A stretch of DNA of 64,000 nucleotides from Myxococcota bacterium (GCA_965140415.1 OZ223209.1:5888001-5952000); one strand, 5' to 3'. Positions 49,179 to 59,509 are shown, counted from the stretch's first letter. The notes: generated by a model from the sequence alone, not told the origin. A program made the numbers and translations.

Positions 49179-50549
49179 TTACTCTGCTTCAAGCTCCGTC
49201 TTTTCTTCAGAATCAGAATTCGATGTGGATGCGGCGTTAGCGGCTGCCACTCTCGCGAATCGCTTTTCCCGTTTTGCATGTTCTTCGGCAGCGATCAACA
49301 CGCCACAAATCGCGAAAAACAGGTAGGTAATCGGCAGTTGCCGCCAGATCCATTCCAATAGCCCATGAATGTGCAGCGCGGTGAATCCGGCGAAAATCCC
49401 CAAACCGATGGTCGTGTACATCGTCGGGGGACGTGCCAGCGCTAGCTTGAATGCAGGCCAGTAGAAAACGAACAGCAACATCAGAAAGGCGAACAAACCC
49501 GGATAACCGGTCTCGGCGGCGAACAGGTTGTAAATGTGATGGCAAACGCCCGCGCGTTCCGCTTCCAGGTTGAAATACTTGGCGTATGCACGCAGCTCGC
49601 TGACCGCGTAATAGTAATTGTTCAAACCGACACCGAAAAGATGATCCGCCGCCATTTCCCGCGCCGCGCCGTTTAAGTTGTCGCGTGTTTCACCGCTTTC
49701 GGCGGGTGCTTCGTTGAAACGCCGAATGATGCTGTCGCTGGCTTTAACCGCACCGGCTAATGCCACCGCAATCAGAATGCCAATCACAACGGTTTTACGC
49801 GCCGTGACTTTCTGCCACAACGATCCACCCAATACCAGCGCCACCGCGCCGCCAAGCATCACCAGTCCGCCGCGCGAAAAGGTACTGGTTACGCAGAAAA
49901 ACCCGCCGACAATCGCCGCCCAGTACAGGATGTTTCGCTTTACCGGTTTGAACAGCAGCACCGCCAACAGGATCGGAAGCAGCATCTCCACATATATCGA
50001 CAAGGTATTGGGATGCCAGAAGGTGCCCGTCACGCGATAAATACCCCAGATATATTTCTCTCGAAAAACGACCAGGGCCTGAATGAGTAGCGCCACGGCA
50101 AAGGTGGTGGCGGCCAGATCGAGATCCGCCGGGTCTTGCCGCAAGAAATTGTAGACGGTGATGTACATCATGAAGGCAAGCAGAAGCTGCACGAAAGTGA
50201 AAGAGGCGAATAACGGCAGGTAGGCGTTGATCATCGAAAGCGCGCCGAAAAACATGAACAGCATAAACGCCCACGAATTTTTCGGAAACAGCTTTAACGA
50301 GCGATAGCGAGGCGAGATGGCCAGCCCGCCAAGCAGCATCAATGCAACCAGGTTACTGAGATCCACACTGATACCCCGCGCATCTCCCAGGTACCATTCA
50401 TGCGGGAAAAACTTGATGCTGATATTCGCCACCGGAATCAGGATCATCGCCATAAACAGCAAGCGGGCATACTTGTGCGAAATGGCCACAAGCATCGCGC
50501 CCAATGGCACACCAAACAACACGGCGACGGAGAATAAGGCGTATTTCAT
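49179..50549 (-). CDS. O-antigen ligase/Wzy_C family membrane protein
   Basis: About 12 TM helices; RVTGTFWHPN, TFSRGG, FGVGLNNY, HHIYNLFAAETG. Confidence 0.85.
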   Translation of the reverse strand: MKYALFSVAVLFGVPLGAMLVAISHKYARLLFMAMILIPVANISIKFFPHEWYLGDARGISVDLSNLVALMLLGGLAISPRYRSLKLFPKNSWAFMLFMFFGALSMINAYLPLFASFTFVQLLLAFMMYITVYNFLRQDPADLDLAATTFAVALLIQALVVFREKYIWGIYRVTGTFWHPNTLSIYVEMLLPILLAVLLFKPVKRNILYWAAIVGGFFCVTSTFSRGGLVMLGGAVALVLGGSLWQKVTARKTVVIGILIAVALAGAVKASDSIIRRFNEAPAESGETRDNLNGAAREMAADHLFGVGLNNYYYAVSELRAYAKYFNLEAERAGVCHHIYNLFAAETGYPGLFAFLMLLFVFYWPAFKLALARPPTMYTTIGLGIFAGFTALHIHGLLEWIWRQLPITYLFFAICGVLIAAEEHAKREKRFARVAAANAASTSNSDSEEKTELEAE

Positions 50550-50559
50550 CTATTCCGTA

Positions 50560-53136
50560 TCAGGGTAATGGGCTGCGGTGCTCGCTTGCACCGGGAAGCC
50601 AGGTTTCAGGCGGCATCTGGTCGTTTCCCAATAACGCCGCAAACAATTTGATATTGGGCGCATAATCGCCCCAGACCGTCGATTCGTTACACACCACCAG
50701 CGTGCGGACATCCCCGTAGCGTAACGCCGGAGGAAGCTGACGCATGGGCGGATAAAAGGCTTTGATCGCCGGTTGCGAATAGCGCGGATTGGGTGGACCG
50801 TTTACCGGACCGAACACGGGAATTCCCGGCATCGGACCCAGCCCGCGCTTGATGAATACCAACGAGTCGAGATGCAGCGGTTCCTGCACCGGGCGACTGC
50901 CCAGGCCGGTATAGTAGACCATACCCAACGGATTGCAACCCAGAATATAATCCGCCGTCAACGACAAGGCATCGAAAAGCGCCTGTTTTTGCGTGGCGTT
51001 CAATCCTCCCAGCCGTAACGCCGCCACCGCCACTTCCGCATGGCGTCCCAAGCTTGCACCCGCGCCCCAATCGAAGCTGCCGTTTTCGCGACGAGGATTG
51101 CGATGGGCGTGGGCATTCGCCACCGTATCGATCAGGCCATCGGTAAACTGCGGCATCCACTTGTTGTACAACGCCTTGATATCCCCGGAAGCTTTCTGGC
51201 TGGTAAGATAGGCCAAGAGGTAATCGACCATGGCGAATGCAGTTTGCGGATTGTCCATGGCCTCGCGATAGGAGTTGGGGTTAGGTTGATCGAAGAGCCG
51301 CATGCGATTGAAAGCACCGTAAGGCCCCATCTTGCTCCATGACGCATCGAAGGTGTTTCGATACTGCTCCTCACCGGTTAACAACAGCAATTCGCCGGAA
51401 GCATACAGCAGATCCGCCGGAGCGGCGTTGTTCGCGACGGCATACTTGTAAGCGCGTTTGGCGCGTTCGGTCAGTTTGTCGGATCGCTCGCGCTGATAGA
51501 AGCGTGTTAACCTCGCCGCCTGGGCAAAAAGCCCCGCCGCACGCGCCGTTACGTTGGCACTAACAGAATACGTCCAGTAAGGCAGCGGATCTTTGTCTGC
51601 GGGATAAATCCCCCAAGGATGACGATTGGATTCCACACCCTGCCGCACCGAACCATCTTTTTCCTGCAACTGCTCCCAGGCCAAAACTCCCCACAGGGCT
51701 TCATCCAGCAGATCGGGTACACCGTTGCCGCTTTCCGGCAACGTCAGTTGACCATCTTTAAAACGGTAGGATCGCAGTTCGAAGGCGCTCATCAGTAACA
51801 TGGGAACCACGGTGTGCATCGGGCGCTGGTCGAAATCACCGGCATCGTGATAGCCGCCTGCAAGCGGGCGCTTTCCCGTTTTAGGTTGGCCTTTCGGATA
51901 CATGCTTAAAAAGTCCACCTGCTCGCCGGTATACACGAAGGGATGATCCACGGCGCGCGTCCAGTCGGTACTCTTGGCATTCAAGTCTCCGCCCCAGCGA
52001 TTGTGAAACAAGCCGCGCGTCGCCACATAAAACGCTTTGAAAGCGGCGCGTTCACTGACCGCCGTCGGGTAACTGACACCGATCCCAGGCAGACGCACCC
52101 GGTAGCGCAGCGTTTCACTGGCTTGCAAACCGGACAGGCGAATCTGCATCACCGGTCCGTAGGCATCGGCATCATTATCGCGCCGAAGTTGTAGTCCCAA
52201 GCCGCTTAAAACGGATCGACGAGCAACCAGCGGATTCTCGGAATCGGCCAACACTTCCGCCATTTTGGGAAAGGAAACGAGATCGATCGCCGCCCCATCT
52301 CCCATGTAGCCATACACATAAGCATAGCGCTTTTTCGCGCGTGGGTTGTAGCCTACCTGGTTGACCTGAATCACCGGCGTCTGTAGATAACGATCCGAAA
52401 ACGGCAGCACGACGTTCACAGCATTGGGACCGCGCAGACGTAGAATTTCGGGGCTGCCAATCGGTTCGTTCAGCACCAGAAACAGGCGATGCTCCACATC
52501 GATCACCTCGTCGCTGGCAGGCGCACCGAATCCGATCTTGTAGTTCGGCGCTCCCACCGGTACACTGTGACGGTAGATCTTCTTCACCTGCAATTCACGG
52601 CCATCGGCTCGTGTCACCGTCCAGTGGCCACTCTGCCAGCCGGGACCATCGCCACCGAAGAACACCACTTGCAGAATATGCGGAGCCACCACGGCAACCT
52701 GCTGCAATGCATCGTCCAGTTTGGCTCGCACACCGCCAACGGTTTCAATAGCGGTTGTAGCCAGTTGCAAGGCTTCACCCTCACCGCTTTGTACCTGCAC
52801 AAAGGCAAGCACTCCGGCTGCAAGTCCTTCGATAGTAAGTGTTTTGCCGGTCCTTTTGACCCCTTCAAGCTCCAGGCGCAGCGCTGCCGGTTGATCGGTT
52901 TTTTTTGGTGGTTCGGATGCGATGAAAACGCGTGGCGTACCTGTAAAACCGGAGTACTTCAGCGTGACGCTGGATGACGTTTGCTGTAAGACGCTCAGTG
53001 TCGGTTTGCTTGGTTTGCCTTCTTCTGCCTGTAGAGATGCAATATTGAGAAACAGGAAAACAAGAATAAGCCAGTGTCCGACACAACGGAAATTTCGTTT
53101 CGACATTGGAAAAAAGTGTTTTCGATCACGTTGCAT
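50560..53136 (-). CDS. Exported glycoside hydrolase family 9-like protein
   Basis: Signal peptide; VNQVGY Ig-like domain; GGYHDAGDF; PESGNGVPDLLDEALW; LGCNPLG..Y.TGLG; C-terminal NE. Confidence 0.8.
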   Translation of the reverse strand: MQRDRKHFFPMSKRNFRCVGHWLILVFLFLNIASLQAEEGKPSKPTLSVLQQTSSSVTLKYSGFTGTPRVFIASEPPKKTDQPAALRLELEGVKRTGKTLTIEGLAAGVLAFVQVQSGEGEALQLATTAIETVGGVRAKLDDALQQVAVVAPHILQVVFFGGDGPGWQSGHWTVTRADGRELQVKKIYRHSVPVGAPNYKIGFGAPASDEVIDVEHRLFLVLNEPIGSPEILRLRGPNAVNVVLPFSDRYLQTPVIQVNQVGYNPRAKKRYAYVYGYMGDGAAIDLVSFPKMAEVLADSENPLVARRSVLSGLGLQLRRDNDADAYGPVMQIRLSGLQASETLRYRVRLPGIGVSYPTAVSERAAFKAFYVATRGLFHNRWGGDLNAKSTDWTRAVDHPFVYTGEQVDFLSMYPKGQPKTGKRPLAGGYHDAGDFDQRPMHTVVPMLLMSAFELRSYRFKDGQLTLPESGNGVPDLLDEALWGVLAWEQLQEKDGSVRQGVESNRHPWGIYPADKDPLPYWTYSVSANVTARAAGLFAQAARLTRFYQRERSDKLTERAKRAYKYAVANNAAPADLLYASGELLLLTGEEQYRNTFDASWSKMGPYGAFNRMRLFDQPNPNSYREAMDNPQTAFAMVDYLLAYLTSQKASGDIKALYNKWMPQFTDGLIDTVANAHAHRNPRRENGSFDWGAGASLGRHAEVAVAALRLGGLNATQKQALFDALSLTADYILGCNPLGMVYYTGLGSRPVQEPLHLDSLVFIKRGLGPMPGIPVFGPVNGPPNPRYSQPAIKAFYPPMRQLPPALRYGDVRTLVVCNESTVWGDYAPNIKLFAALLGNDQMPPETWLPGASEHRSPLP

Positions 53137-53291
53137 AAACCCTCCCGGAGCGTGAACCGCATCGATGTTGAGCTTACCGACTACGACCCGCTTGTTGTTG
53201 AAACGCTGGCATCATAACGTATGGGAAGTGGCAGTGGGAAGGGAAAAATACGGTTTGGATGACTGGAAAATGGATTTCATTTTAAGATAGG

Positions 53292-53729
53292 TTACTTTTT
53301 TTCCTCGACGTAACGCGCTTTGCGATCGCGATGCTGCACGTTGGAATAGGCGCGCAATCCGCGTTGCCCCTTGGCCAGAACACCCGCCTGCTCGCGCTGG
53401 CTTTTTTGCAGCTGGTCGAAAATTTCCGACAACCCCTCTTCCAACTCGGTGCAATGGCTTAGAATTTCCCTTAAACGCTTGCGGATCGACAGAATTTCCT
53501 CATCCGTTTCCTGTTCGAAAGGAATCTGAAACAAATTGGCAAACTGGTCCTGGTAATCGTCGATTTTGTTGATGGTTTGTGCGCGCAGTTCCATCAGGTA
53601 GGGAATCCGTTCCGCCCGGCCCTCATCGGCTTCCTTGCGAATCTGCTTTGTGAGCAACTTATAAGCGCCGAAGAAATTTTCCAACTGCAAATAAGCCTGC
53701 TTGCGAGTTGTAACCGGCGGCAGATGCAT
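53292..53729 (-). CDS. FliT/FlgN-like flagellar chaperone
   Basis: Helical 145-aa protein directly after fliS, with a C-terminal LRAY motif. Confidence 0.55.
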   Translation of the reverse strand: MHLPPVTTRKQAYLQLENFFGAYKLLTKQIRKEADEGRAERIPYLMELRAQTINKIDDYQDQFANLFQIPFEQETDEEILSIRKRLREILSHCTELEEGLSEIFDQLQKSQREQAGVLAKGQRGLRAYSNVQHRDRKARYVEEKK

Positions 53730-54184
53730 TACCGTACACGGCCCCCGCCGGCAGCGACTCCTTGAGATGCGGCATGGTCACTTGGATTGTAGGCGGTCGG
53801 AGCTCCGGCGCCACGCTGCTTGGCCAATTCCCGCCAACTGGAATTCAGGTTGTCCATATGTGCGATCACTTCATCGATCACGGCAAAATCCAAACTGACG
53901 TTGACTTCCATAATGCGCTTAAGCAGGTAGGTGTACAGTGCAGCCAGATTTTTAGCGATCTCGCCGCCGCGTTCATGATCCAGGCTGCTGAGCAATTCGA
54001 AAATGATGTCGTGAGCCCGCATCAGCTCTTTGGCTTTGCCTTCGAAATTTCCATTTTTGATATGCTCTTTGGAAACGCGCAACGCTTTGATGGCACCATC
54101 GTAAAGGAGAACGATCAGGCGCACCGGGTCCGCAGTGGACTCCACCTGCATCTGCTTGTATTTTGCGTAAGGATTCGGGACCAT
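53729..54184 (-). CDS. fliS: Flagellin chaperone FliS
   Basis: NPYAKY, LIVLLYDGAI, GGEIAKNL.ALY, SWREL. Confidence 0.93.
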   Translation of the reverse strand: MVPNPYAKYKQMQVESTADPVRLIVLLYDGAIKALRVSKEHIKNGNFEGKAKELMRAHDIIFELLSSLDHERGGEIAKNLAALYTYLLKRIMEVNVSLDFAVIDEVIAHMDNLNSSWRELAKQRGAGAPTAYNPSDHAASQGVAAGGGRVR

Positions 54185-54238
54185 GTCGTTTCTCCTATTC
54201 CATGCCGCTGTTATCAATTCGCAACGGCGTTTCCATCG

Positions 54239-57200
54239 TTAGAGCCGCGAAGTCTGCTGGCTGAGCCACTGACTTTGCGTATTCAACGAACTGATGGTCT
54301 TTTCCATCGCGACGTACTGATTGATCATGCGCTGACGCTTGTTTTCCAACCGCAGTTCCATCGCATCGATCTGATCGTCGAAGGAATCGATCTGGCTTTG
54401 CAGGCTGTCCTGCTTCATATCCAGATAACCTTCGTAGGAATCGGTGTAGGAAAAGAGCAGGCGTTCGAAGTATTCGGCAAAACCGAGCGACAGCGAAACG
54501 CTGCCCACCGACCCGGTCGATGTGCCGCTGTATTTAATCGTCAGCCCTTCGGTCTTGACATTTCCTTCGTCACCTTTAAGCAACTGCCCGGTTCCGGTAG
54601 CTGCTTCACCGTTGATCGTTCCTTCCACATCGAGACCACTATGGGTATCATCGGACAAACCGAGATAATCCGCACTTTGCGAAACCTCGAAGCCGTTGCC
54701 GCTACCGTACAGGTTGTGACTCAATACGATTTGGCCGGAGCCGTTGTCGGAGGCGGTGATTTCCATGCCGTAACGACCCGTTACCGCCGTGTCCATCGTT
54801 CCACCCATATCCAGCGAACCATCGCCACTGTAAGTCAATTCGACGCTCAACTGGCTCGAACCGGTCAGATCGTCCACCACCACGATGCGCCCGTTGCTGT
54901 CGATCGATGCAGTCACGCCGCTGCCGAAGGTCAACTCGATCTGGTCGAGCAATTGACCGACTGTCGCCGTGCTGACATCCTCGATCTCGAAACTGCCACT
55001 CATCGTGCCGCCGGTGCGGCTGGTGCCCGAAATGATAATCAGATCGCCATCGGACAGGTCGTTGCCGTCGCCCACACCCAGTGTATTGAGATCGGCGAAA
55101 ACGGTGGATTCCGTGATGTTGGCCGGACCGCCGGAAGCGGTTGTGGTTTGGAAACCCGAACTGCTGCGCACCTGCTGCGTGTAGGTTCGGCTCAACTCCG
55201 AATTGATGGCCGCGATCGCGTCTTCGGCGTCCATTCCGGAGGTCAGGCTGATCATGGCGATGCGTCCGGTGGAACTATCGGTAATGGTTAGAGTTTCATC
55301 ACCGTCCAAGCCGTCAACGTCGTCGAGATTGGCAGTACCCGTTACCGAAGCCTGCGCGGCAGCCTGTGTAATCGCCACATCGAAATCGCCGCTGTTGGTG
55401 CCGTCCTCGATCGAAACATAGGACAAATCACCGCTGCTGGCGCTTCCCGTAACCGTAAACAGGCTCATCAAAGTTTCAAAATCGGTTTCGATCAGGTCGC
55501 TTAAAGTCGATCCTTCAATGGAGAGGGTACCATCGTCTTGCAGGCGAATTCCTGCCAGTGAAAGCGTATTTAATGTAGACGGCGCTCCGCTTACCGTTCC
55601 AAGCACCATATCCATAAGCTGAGTGCTAAGCCCGGTCAGGGTGCCATCGCCAAATAGCGGGCCGCCCGTTTCTTCCGTTTCAGAATCGTAGCTTTGCTGA
55701 TCCTGGATAAAGCTTACAACCGAATTGAAATTGCTGACTAAAGTCGTAAATTTTGCTTTGATTGCCGAAGCATCGCGTTCCACCTGAGCGGTGATTGTGG
55801 TGCCGGCTTCAGCTTTTTTCAGCGTCAACGTTGCACCGCTGACGGCATCGGAAACCACATTGCTTTCGCGCGTCATGCGGATGCCGTCCACGGTGAAAAT
55901 GGAATCCTGCCCTTCCGCGATCATCATGGAGCGACCTTCGGTCGTGGTTTCGACGTCACCGAAATCCAGCGTGCCGCCGCCTTCGTTATTTGCCACCAGG
56001 GTCAACGCCAATGAGCTGTCACCGGTTGCGTTATCGGTAACGGTGATTTTTCCGTTTGCATCGATCGAAGCGGTGACATTGCCGCTATAAACGGTATCTT
56101 GGATATAGGTTAATAAATCCCCTAATGCAGAACTGGCGGCAGTGATCGTAAACGAGCCGGATACGGCATCGCCATTGTGATCGAATCCGCTAATGGTGAT
56201 CGTGTCGCCATCGGTAACACTGTTGGCATCACTACCTGTGTTGATTTCCGTGAAAAGCGTTGCCGCACTGACGACGCCGCCACCTGCCGCAGTGGTTTGC
56301 GACAATGCGCCGGACTGGATGATTTCATCCACATCGGAAGTCGTTCCTTTAACCACACCCAACGCTTCCAATACGTTGCTATCATCGACGTAGGTCGTTC
56401 CGACCAATTTCAAGCGATAGGAAACCGTACCGTCGGATTCTTCTTCGCTCACGATCGAAGCGATATCTGCTCCAGCCTGGGTATTGATGCTGTCTTTGAT
56501 CTGCGTCAGGCTGTCGCTTAAGTCAATAGAAAGATTGGTGTAGGCACCGATCTGAATCGTAGCGGAACTGATTGCCGCCGAAAGACCGAGACTGGAATAC
56601 ACCGCCGTGTCCGCGCTGGTGAATGCATCCGACTTCGCGCCGGAAGACGTGGCGTTTTTGATCTCGATACCACTGTCGGCAAAGCCGAGTGTCTGAACGA
56701 TATCGGTGGAACTGGCATCCTGAATGGAAATACCGCTCGAACCGGTGCTGGTGGAGGTTAAAATCAAACGGTAACTGTCTTCTCCGGTAGTAATAATCGA
56801 GGCGGAAACTCCGGAGGGAGAACTTCCGGAGTTCGCCTCGTTTATCTTGTTCCGAATGTTTGTGAGTGTATCGGAAGAAGTTACACTGATTTTCGATCCG
56901 CCCAATAGAAATTCACCTTCCAGTCCCAAGGCCTCGGTCGTGGTGGAATAGGTCGCACTGCTGCGCTTTTCCGCCGAAGCCAACTGATCGATTTCCAACT
57001 GGAAACTGCCAACAGCGGCGTCCGTTCCCAAGGTAATCGAAGCCAGATCGCTGGCCGAGGTGGTGGAAGAGGAAGATAATGACGAGGTGAAGAGCATGAA
57101 CGTGTCACGATCGCCAAGCGTCGTGACTGTAGACTTCAAGGTGCTTAGCGTCGTATTCAGACTTTGCCAAGCGCTTTTTTGCTGCGAGATCTCAGTCTGT

Positions 57201-57304
57201 TGATTCTGGATGAGCGTTACTGCCCGGTAGTCGATCTGGATCAACTGGTCAATCATCGATTGCCAGTCGAGATTCGATGCGAGTCCTGACATATATGTAC
57301 TCAT
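54239..57304 (-). CDS. fliD: Flagellar filament cap FliD (1021 aa)
   Basis: SGLASNLDWQSMIDQL N-terminus; VDGI..TRESN; C-terminal QYVAMEKTISSLNTQ; lies between flaG and fliS. Confidence 0.93.
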   Translation of the reverse strand: MSTYMSGLASNLDWQSMIDQLIQIDYRAVTLIQNQQTEISQQKSAWQSLNTTLSTLKSTVTTLGDRDTFMLFTSSLSSSSTTSASDLASITLGTDAAVGSFQLEIDQLASAEKRSSATYSTTTEALGLEGEFLLGGSKISVTSSDTLTNIRNKINEANSGSSPSGVSASIITTGEDSYRLILTSTSTGSSGISIQDASSTDIVQTLGFADSGIEIKNATSSGAKSDAFTSADTAVYSSLGLSAAISSATIQIGAYTNLSIDLSDSLTQIKDSINTQAGADIASIVSEEESDGTVSYRLKLVGTTYVDDSNVLEALGVVKGTTSDVDEIIQSGALSQTTAAGGGVVSAATLFTEINTGSDANSVTDGDTITISGFDHNGDAVSGSFTITAASSALGDLLTYIQDTVYSGNVTASIDANGKITVTDNATGDSSLALTLVANNEGGGTLDFGDVETTTEGRSMMIAEGQDSIFTVDGIRMTRESNVVSDAVSGATLTLKKAEAGTTITAQVERDASAIKAKFTTLVSNFNSVVSFIQDQQSYDSETEETGGPLFGDGTLTGLSTQLMDMVLGTVSGAPSTLNTLSLAGIRLQDDGTLSIEGSTLSDLIETDFETLMSLFTVTGSASSGDLSYVSIEDGTNSGDFDVAITQAAAQASVTGTANLDDVDGLDGDETLTITDSSTGRIAMISLTSGMDAEDAIAAINSELSRTYTQQVRSSSGFQTTTASGGPANITESTVFADLNTLGVGDGNDLSDGDLIIISGTSRTGGTMSGSFEIEDVSTATVGQLLDQIELTFGSGVTASIDSNGRIVVVDDLTGSSQLSVELTYSGDGSLDMGGTMDTAVTGRYGMEITASDNGSGQIVLSHNLYGSGNGFEVSQSADYLGLSDDTHSGLDVEGTINGEAATGTGQLLKGDEGNVKTEGLTIKYSGTSTGSVGSVSLSLGFAEYFERLLFSYTDSYEGYLDMKQDSLQSQIDSFDDQIDAMELRLENKRQRMINQYVAMEKTISSLNTQSQWLSQQTSRL

Positions 57305-57400
57305 CTTACTCTCCGTTGTTGACCCGTCTGGAACACATCCGCTTCCGGCGGAATTCCGCCGGAAGCAAGATTAAAATCCATTACATGCAATTCACACGGT

Positions 57401-57817
57401 TCACTGTTTGTGATCCAACAGAACGCCTAGCATTTTTTCATCCGGGCGATCCATGTATTCCGCCATCTCTTTCATGTGAGCGGCCATTTCGAGCAACTCC
57501 TCAGAGGGAATTTGTCGAATCGTTTCACCCGTCTTTTCATCAATCACTTTCACGACCATCTGGTCCGTTCCTTCGTGAACGGAGAAACGAACTGCGGTGT
57601 TGATGGAAGACATGAAATCGTTCATCGATCTCATTGTAGTCTCAGCTTGCTCTTTCGTGACCTTTTGACCGGCAAGACGAGCTTCCTGGGCGACTTTCCC
57701 GGAGTCCGGCTGCTGTTGTCGGTCTTCACTGCTCGCAAGTGGTTTACGAACAGGTTCAACCGGCTTGGCGGCCTGATTCTGTTGCTCAACCGGAAATAGT
57801 TTTGTTGCCTCAATCAT
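57401..57817 (-). CDS. flaG: Flagellar protein FlaG
   Basis: VRFSVHE..VVKVIDEKTGETIRQIPSEELL. Confidence 0.92.
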   Translation of the reverse strand: MIEATKLFPVEQQNQAAKPVEPVRKPLASSEDRQQQPDSGKVAQEARLAGQKVTKEQAETTMRSMNDFMSSINTAVRFSVHEGTDQMVVKVIDEKTGETIRQIPSEELLEMAAHMKEMAEYMDRPDEKMLGVLLDHKQ

Positions 57818-57885
57818 CGTCTGTTCCCATCATTAGTTGACAATGGTTATATTATACCGTTGCCATGTCAAAGAATTCAAGGGTC

Positions 57886-57913
57886 AAAAGGGGCGGCCCC
57901 GAGCCGCCCCTTT
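57886..57913 (-). terminator. Terminator after flagellin
   Basis: aaaggggcggc-tcggg-gccgcccctttt on the minus strand. Confidence 0.8.
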
Positions 57914-57922
57914 CAACGGTCA

Positions 57923-59068
57923 CTATCGAATCAAGCTCAGGACAGACTGCGGAGCGGTATTGGCTTGCGCCAACATGGCGGTACTGGACTGCAACAGGAT
58001 CTGATGCTTGGTGAAGTCCGCCATTTCTCCGGCCATATCCACGTCGCGGATGACCGACTCGGAAGCCGACTTGTTCTCGATGGAGACAGCCAGGTTCGAG
58101 GAGGCATATCCAAGACGGTTGATCAAGGAACCGACTTCGGCGCGGGCCGTTGCCAAGGTGTTGATCGCGGTGTCGATGTCGTCCAACGCGGTCTGGGCGC
58201 CCGACTGCGAGGTCAGGTCGATATCCAGGCTGGAACCACCGGCCAAAGAGGAACGCGACAGGTCGGTCAGCGTAAAGCCGAGTTGGCTGTTGGCATCGTT
58301 TTCGGCACCGATCTGGAAGGTCGCATTGCCCAGAGCTTTGGTGTGAATACGACCCGAAGTGTCGACGCTACCTTCGTTGGTGGCGAAGAGACTGTTCACG
58401 GTGATCTTGATGCCCAGGGCACTGAAGTTCATCGTGAAATCTTCATTGGGATCCATACCCACTGCGCTGGCATAGGAAACCGTCTGAGAGGTTGTGCCGT
58501 CGCTCAGGGTGACAGTATCACCACTGGCCGAAACCGCAGTGATCGAGTAGGTTTGGGCCGCTTTGGCACTGGTCACGTCGATGTTCTCAACACCATTGGC
58601 AGCGGTGAAGATGACCGGTGCGGTGGAGCTCAAGGTCACGGAACCGAAGTTTCCGTCGAGCAGAGCGGTGTCGTTGTATTTGGTAAATCCAACGATACGA
58701 TCGATTTCCGACTCCAGCGCCGTGGCTTCTGTGTTGATCTTGCTCAAATCGCTGCCGGCGTTTCCGGAAGCAGCCTGGGTGGCCAGTTCTTTCATACGTT
58801 TCAGGATCAAGTCGATCTGGCTCATACCACCTTCAGCAACCTGCAACAGTGAAGTCGCTTCAGTCGCGTTACGGGAGCCGACTTGCAGAGAGGCGATTTC
58901 AGCCCGGAAGCGCATGGACGAAGCCATACCCGCCGCATCGTCAGCCGCACTGTTGATCCGGTAACCGGACGACAGACGTTCCAACGAACGGTTCATCATG
59001 CTCGAGTTGTTGTTCAAGTGATTCAGGGAATTCAGGGACGCGATATTATTCTGGATTCTGAAGCTCAT
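57923..59068 (-). CDS. fliC: Flagellin
   Basis: RLSSGYRINSAADDAAG; FQIGA; IRDVDMA; AMLAQAN. Confidence 0.96.
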   Translation of the reverse strand: MSFRIQNNIASLNSLNHLNNNSSMMNRSLERLSSGYRINSAADDAAGMASSMRFRAEIASLQVGSRNATEATSLLQVAEGGMSQIDLILKRMKELATQAASGNAGSDLSKINTEATALESEIDRIVGFTKYNDTALLDGNFGSVTLSSTAPVIFTAANGVENIDVTSAKAAQTYSITAVSASGDTVTLSDGTTSQTVSYASAVGMDPNEDFTMNFSALGIKITVNSLFATNEGSVDTSGRIHTKALGNATFQIGAENDANSQLGFTLTDLSRSSLAGGSSLDIDLTSQSGAQTALDDIDTAINTLATARAEVGSLINRLGYASSNLAVSIENKSASESVIRDVDMAGEMADFTKHQILLQSSTAMLAQANTAPQSVLSLIR

Positions 59069-59095
59069 TACTTTCCTCCTTGAAAGTGTGTTTCC

Positions 59096-59113
59096 GATAG
59101 CATCCTTGCTATC
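59096..59113 (-). promoter_or_regulatory. CsrA-type hairpin in the flagellin leader
   Basis: GATAGCA-AGGA-TGCTATC, plus a second CAAGGA overlapping the SD. Confidence 0.7.
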
Positions 59114-59267
59114 TTGCTTGGGAAGGTTTCCGACTTTGGCTGTCGGCGCCCGGGGATGTTCTGGGAATCACCGTACCCTTATTTGTGTAAAGGTCTCTCC
59201 CGGCTACCTCCTTTCGTATGCTTCATGATTTTAAAAGAACCAAACTTCTCATCACTCACATACTTAA

Positions 59268-59294
59268 AGATCGGATCTTCGCGGCGAGAGTTTA
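59268..59294 (-). promoter_or_regulatory. Sigma28 (FliA) promoter
   Basis: TAAA-15 nt-TCCGATCT (consensus TAAA-N15-GCCGATAA). Confidence 0.7.
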
Positions 59295-59411
59295 CACTTT
59301 TTTTTGCATTCAGAATCCTTCACCGACGTCCATACCCGTCACTTGACGTCCGTGCGAATTGTCAAAGAACAAAATCCGTTATCATTTCAACATATTAGAA
59401 TCCAGAAACGA

Positions 59412-59447
59412 ACGACACCGGCGAGGTCGGGGTCCTGCCGGTGTCGT
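59412..59447 (-). terminator. Hairpin downstream of the first flagellin
   Basis: acgacaccggc ... gccggtgtcgt 11-bp stem. Confidence 0.55.
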
Positions 59448-59509
59448 AAAAAAGAGCTTCAGACTATCGCGTTTCGTCGCTCGCGCGACGCTAAAAAACT
59501 ATAATTTCA

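Noticed and set aside
49179-50549. Flagellin glycosylation by the O-antigen-ligase-like protein
   Set aside because: These enzymes act in the periplasm, while flagellin is glycosylated in the cytoplasm and bypasses it.
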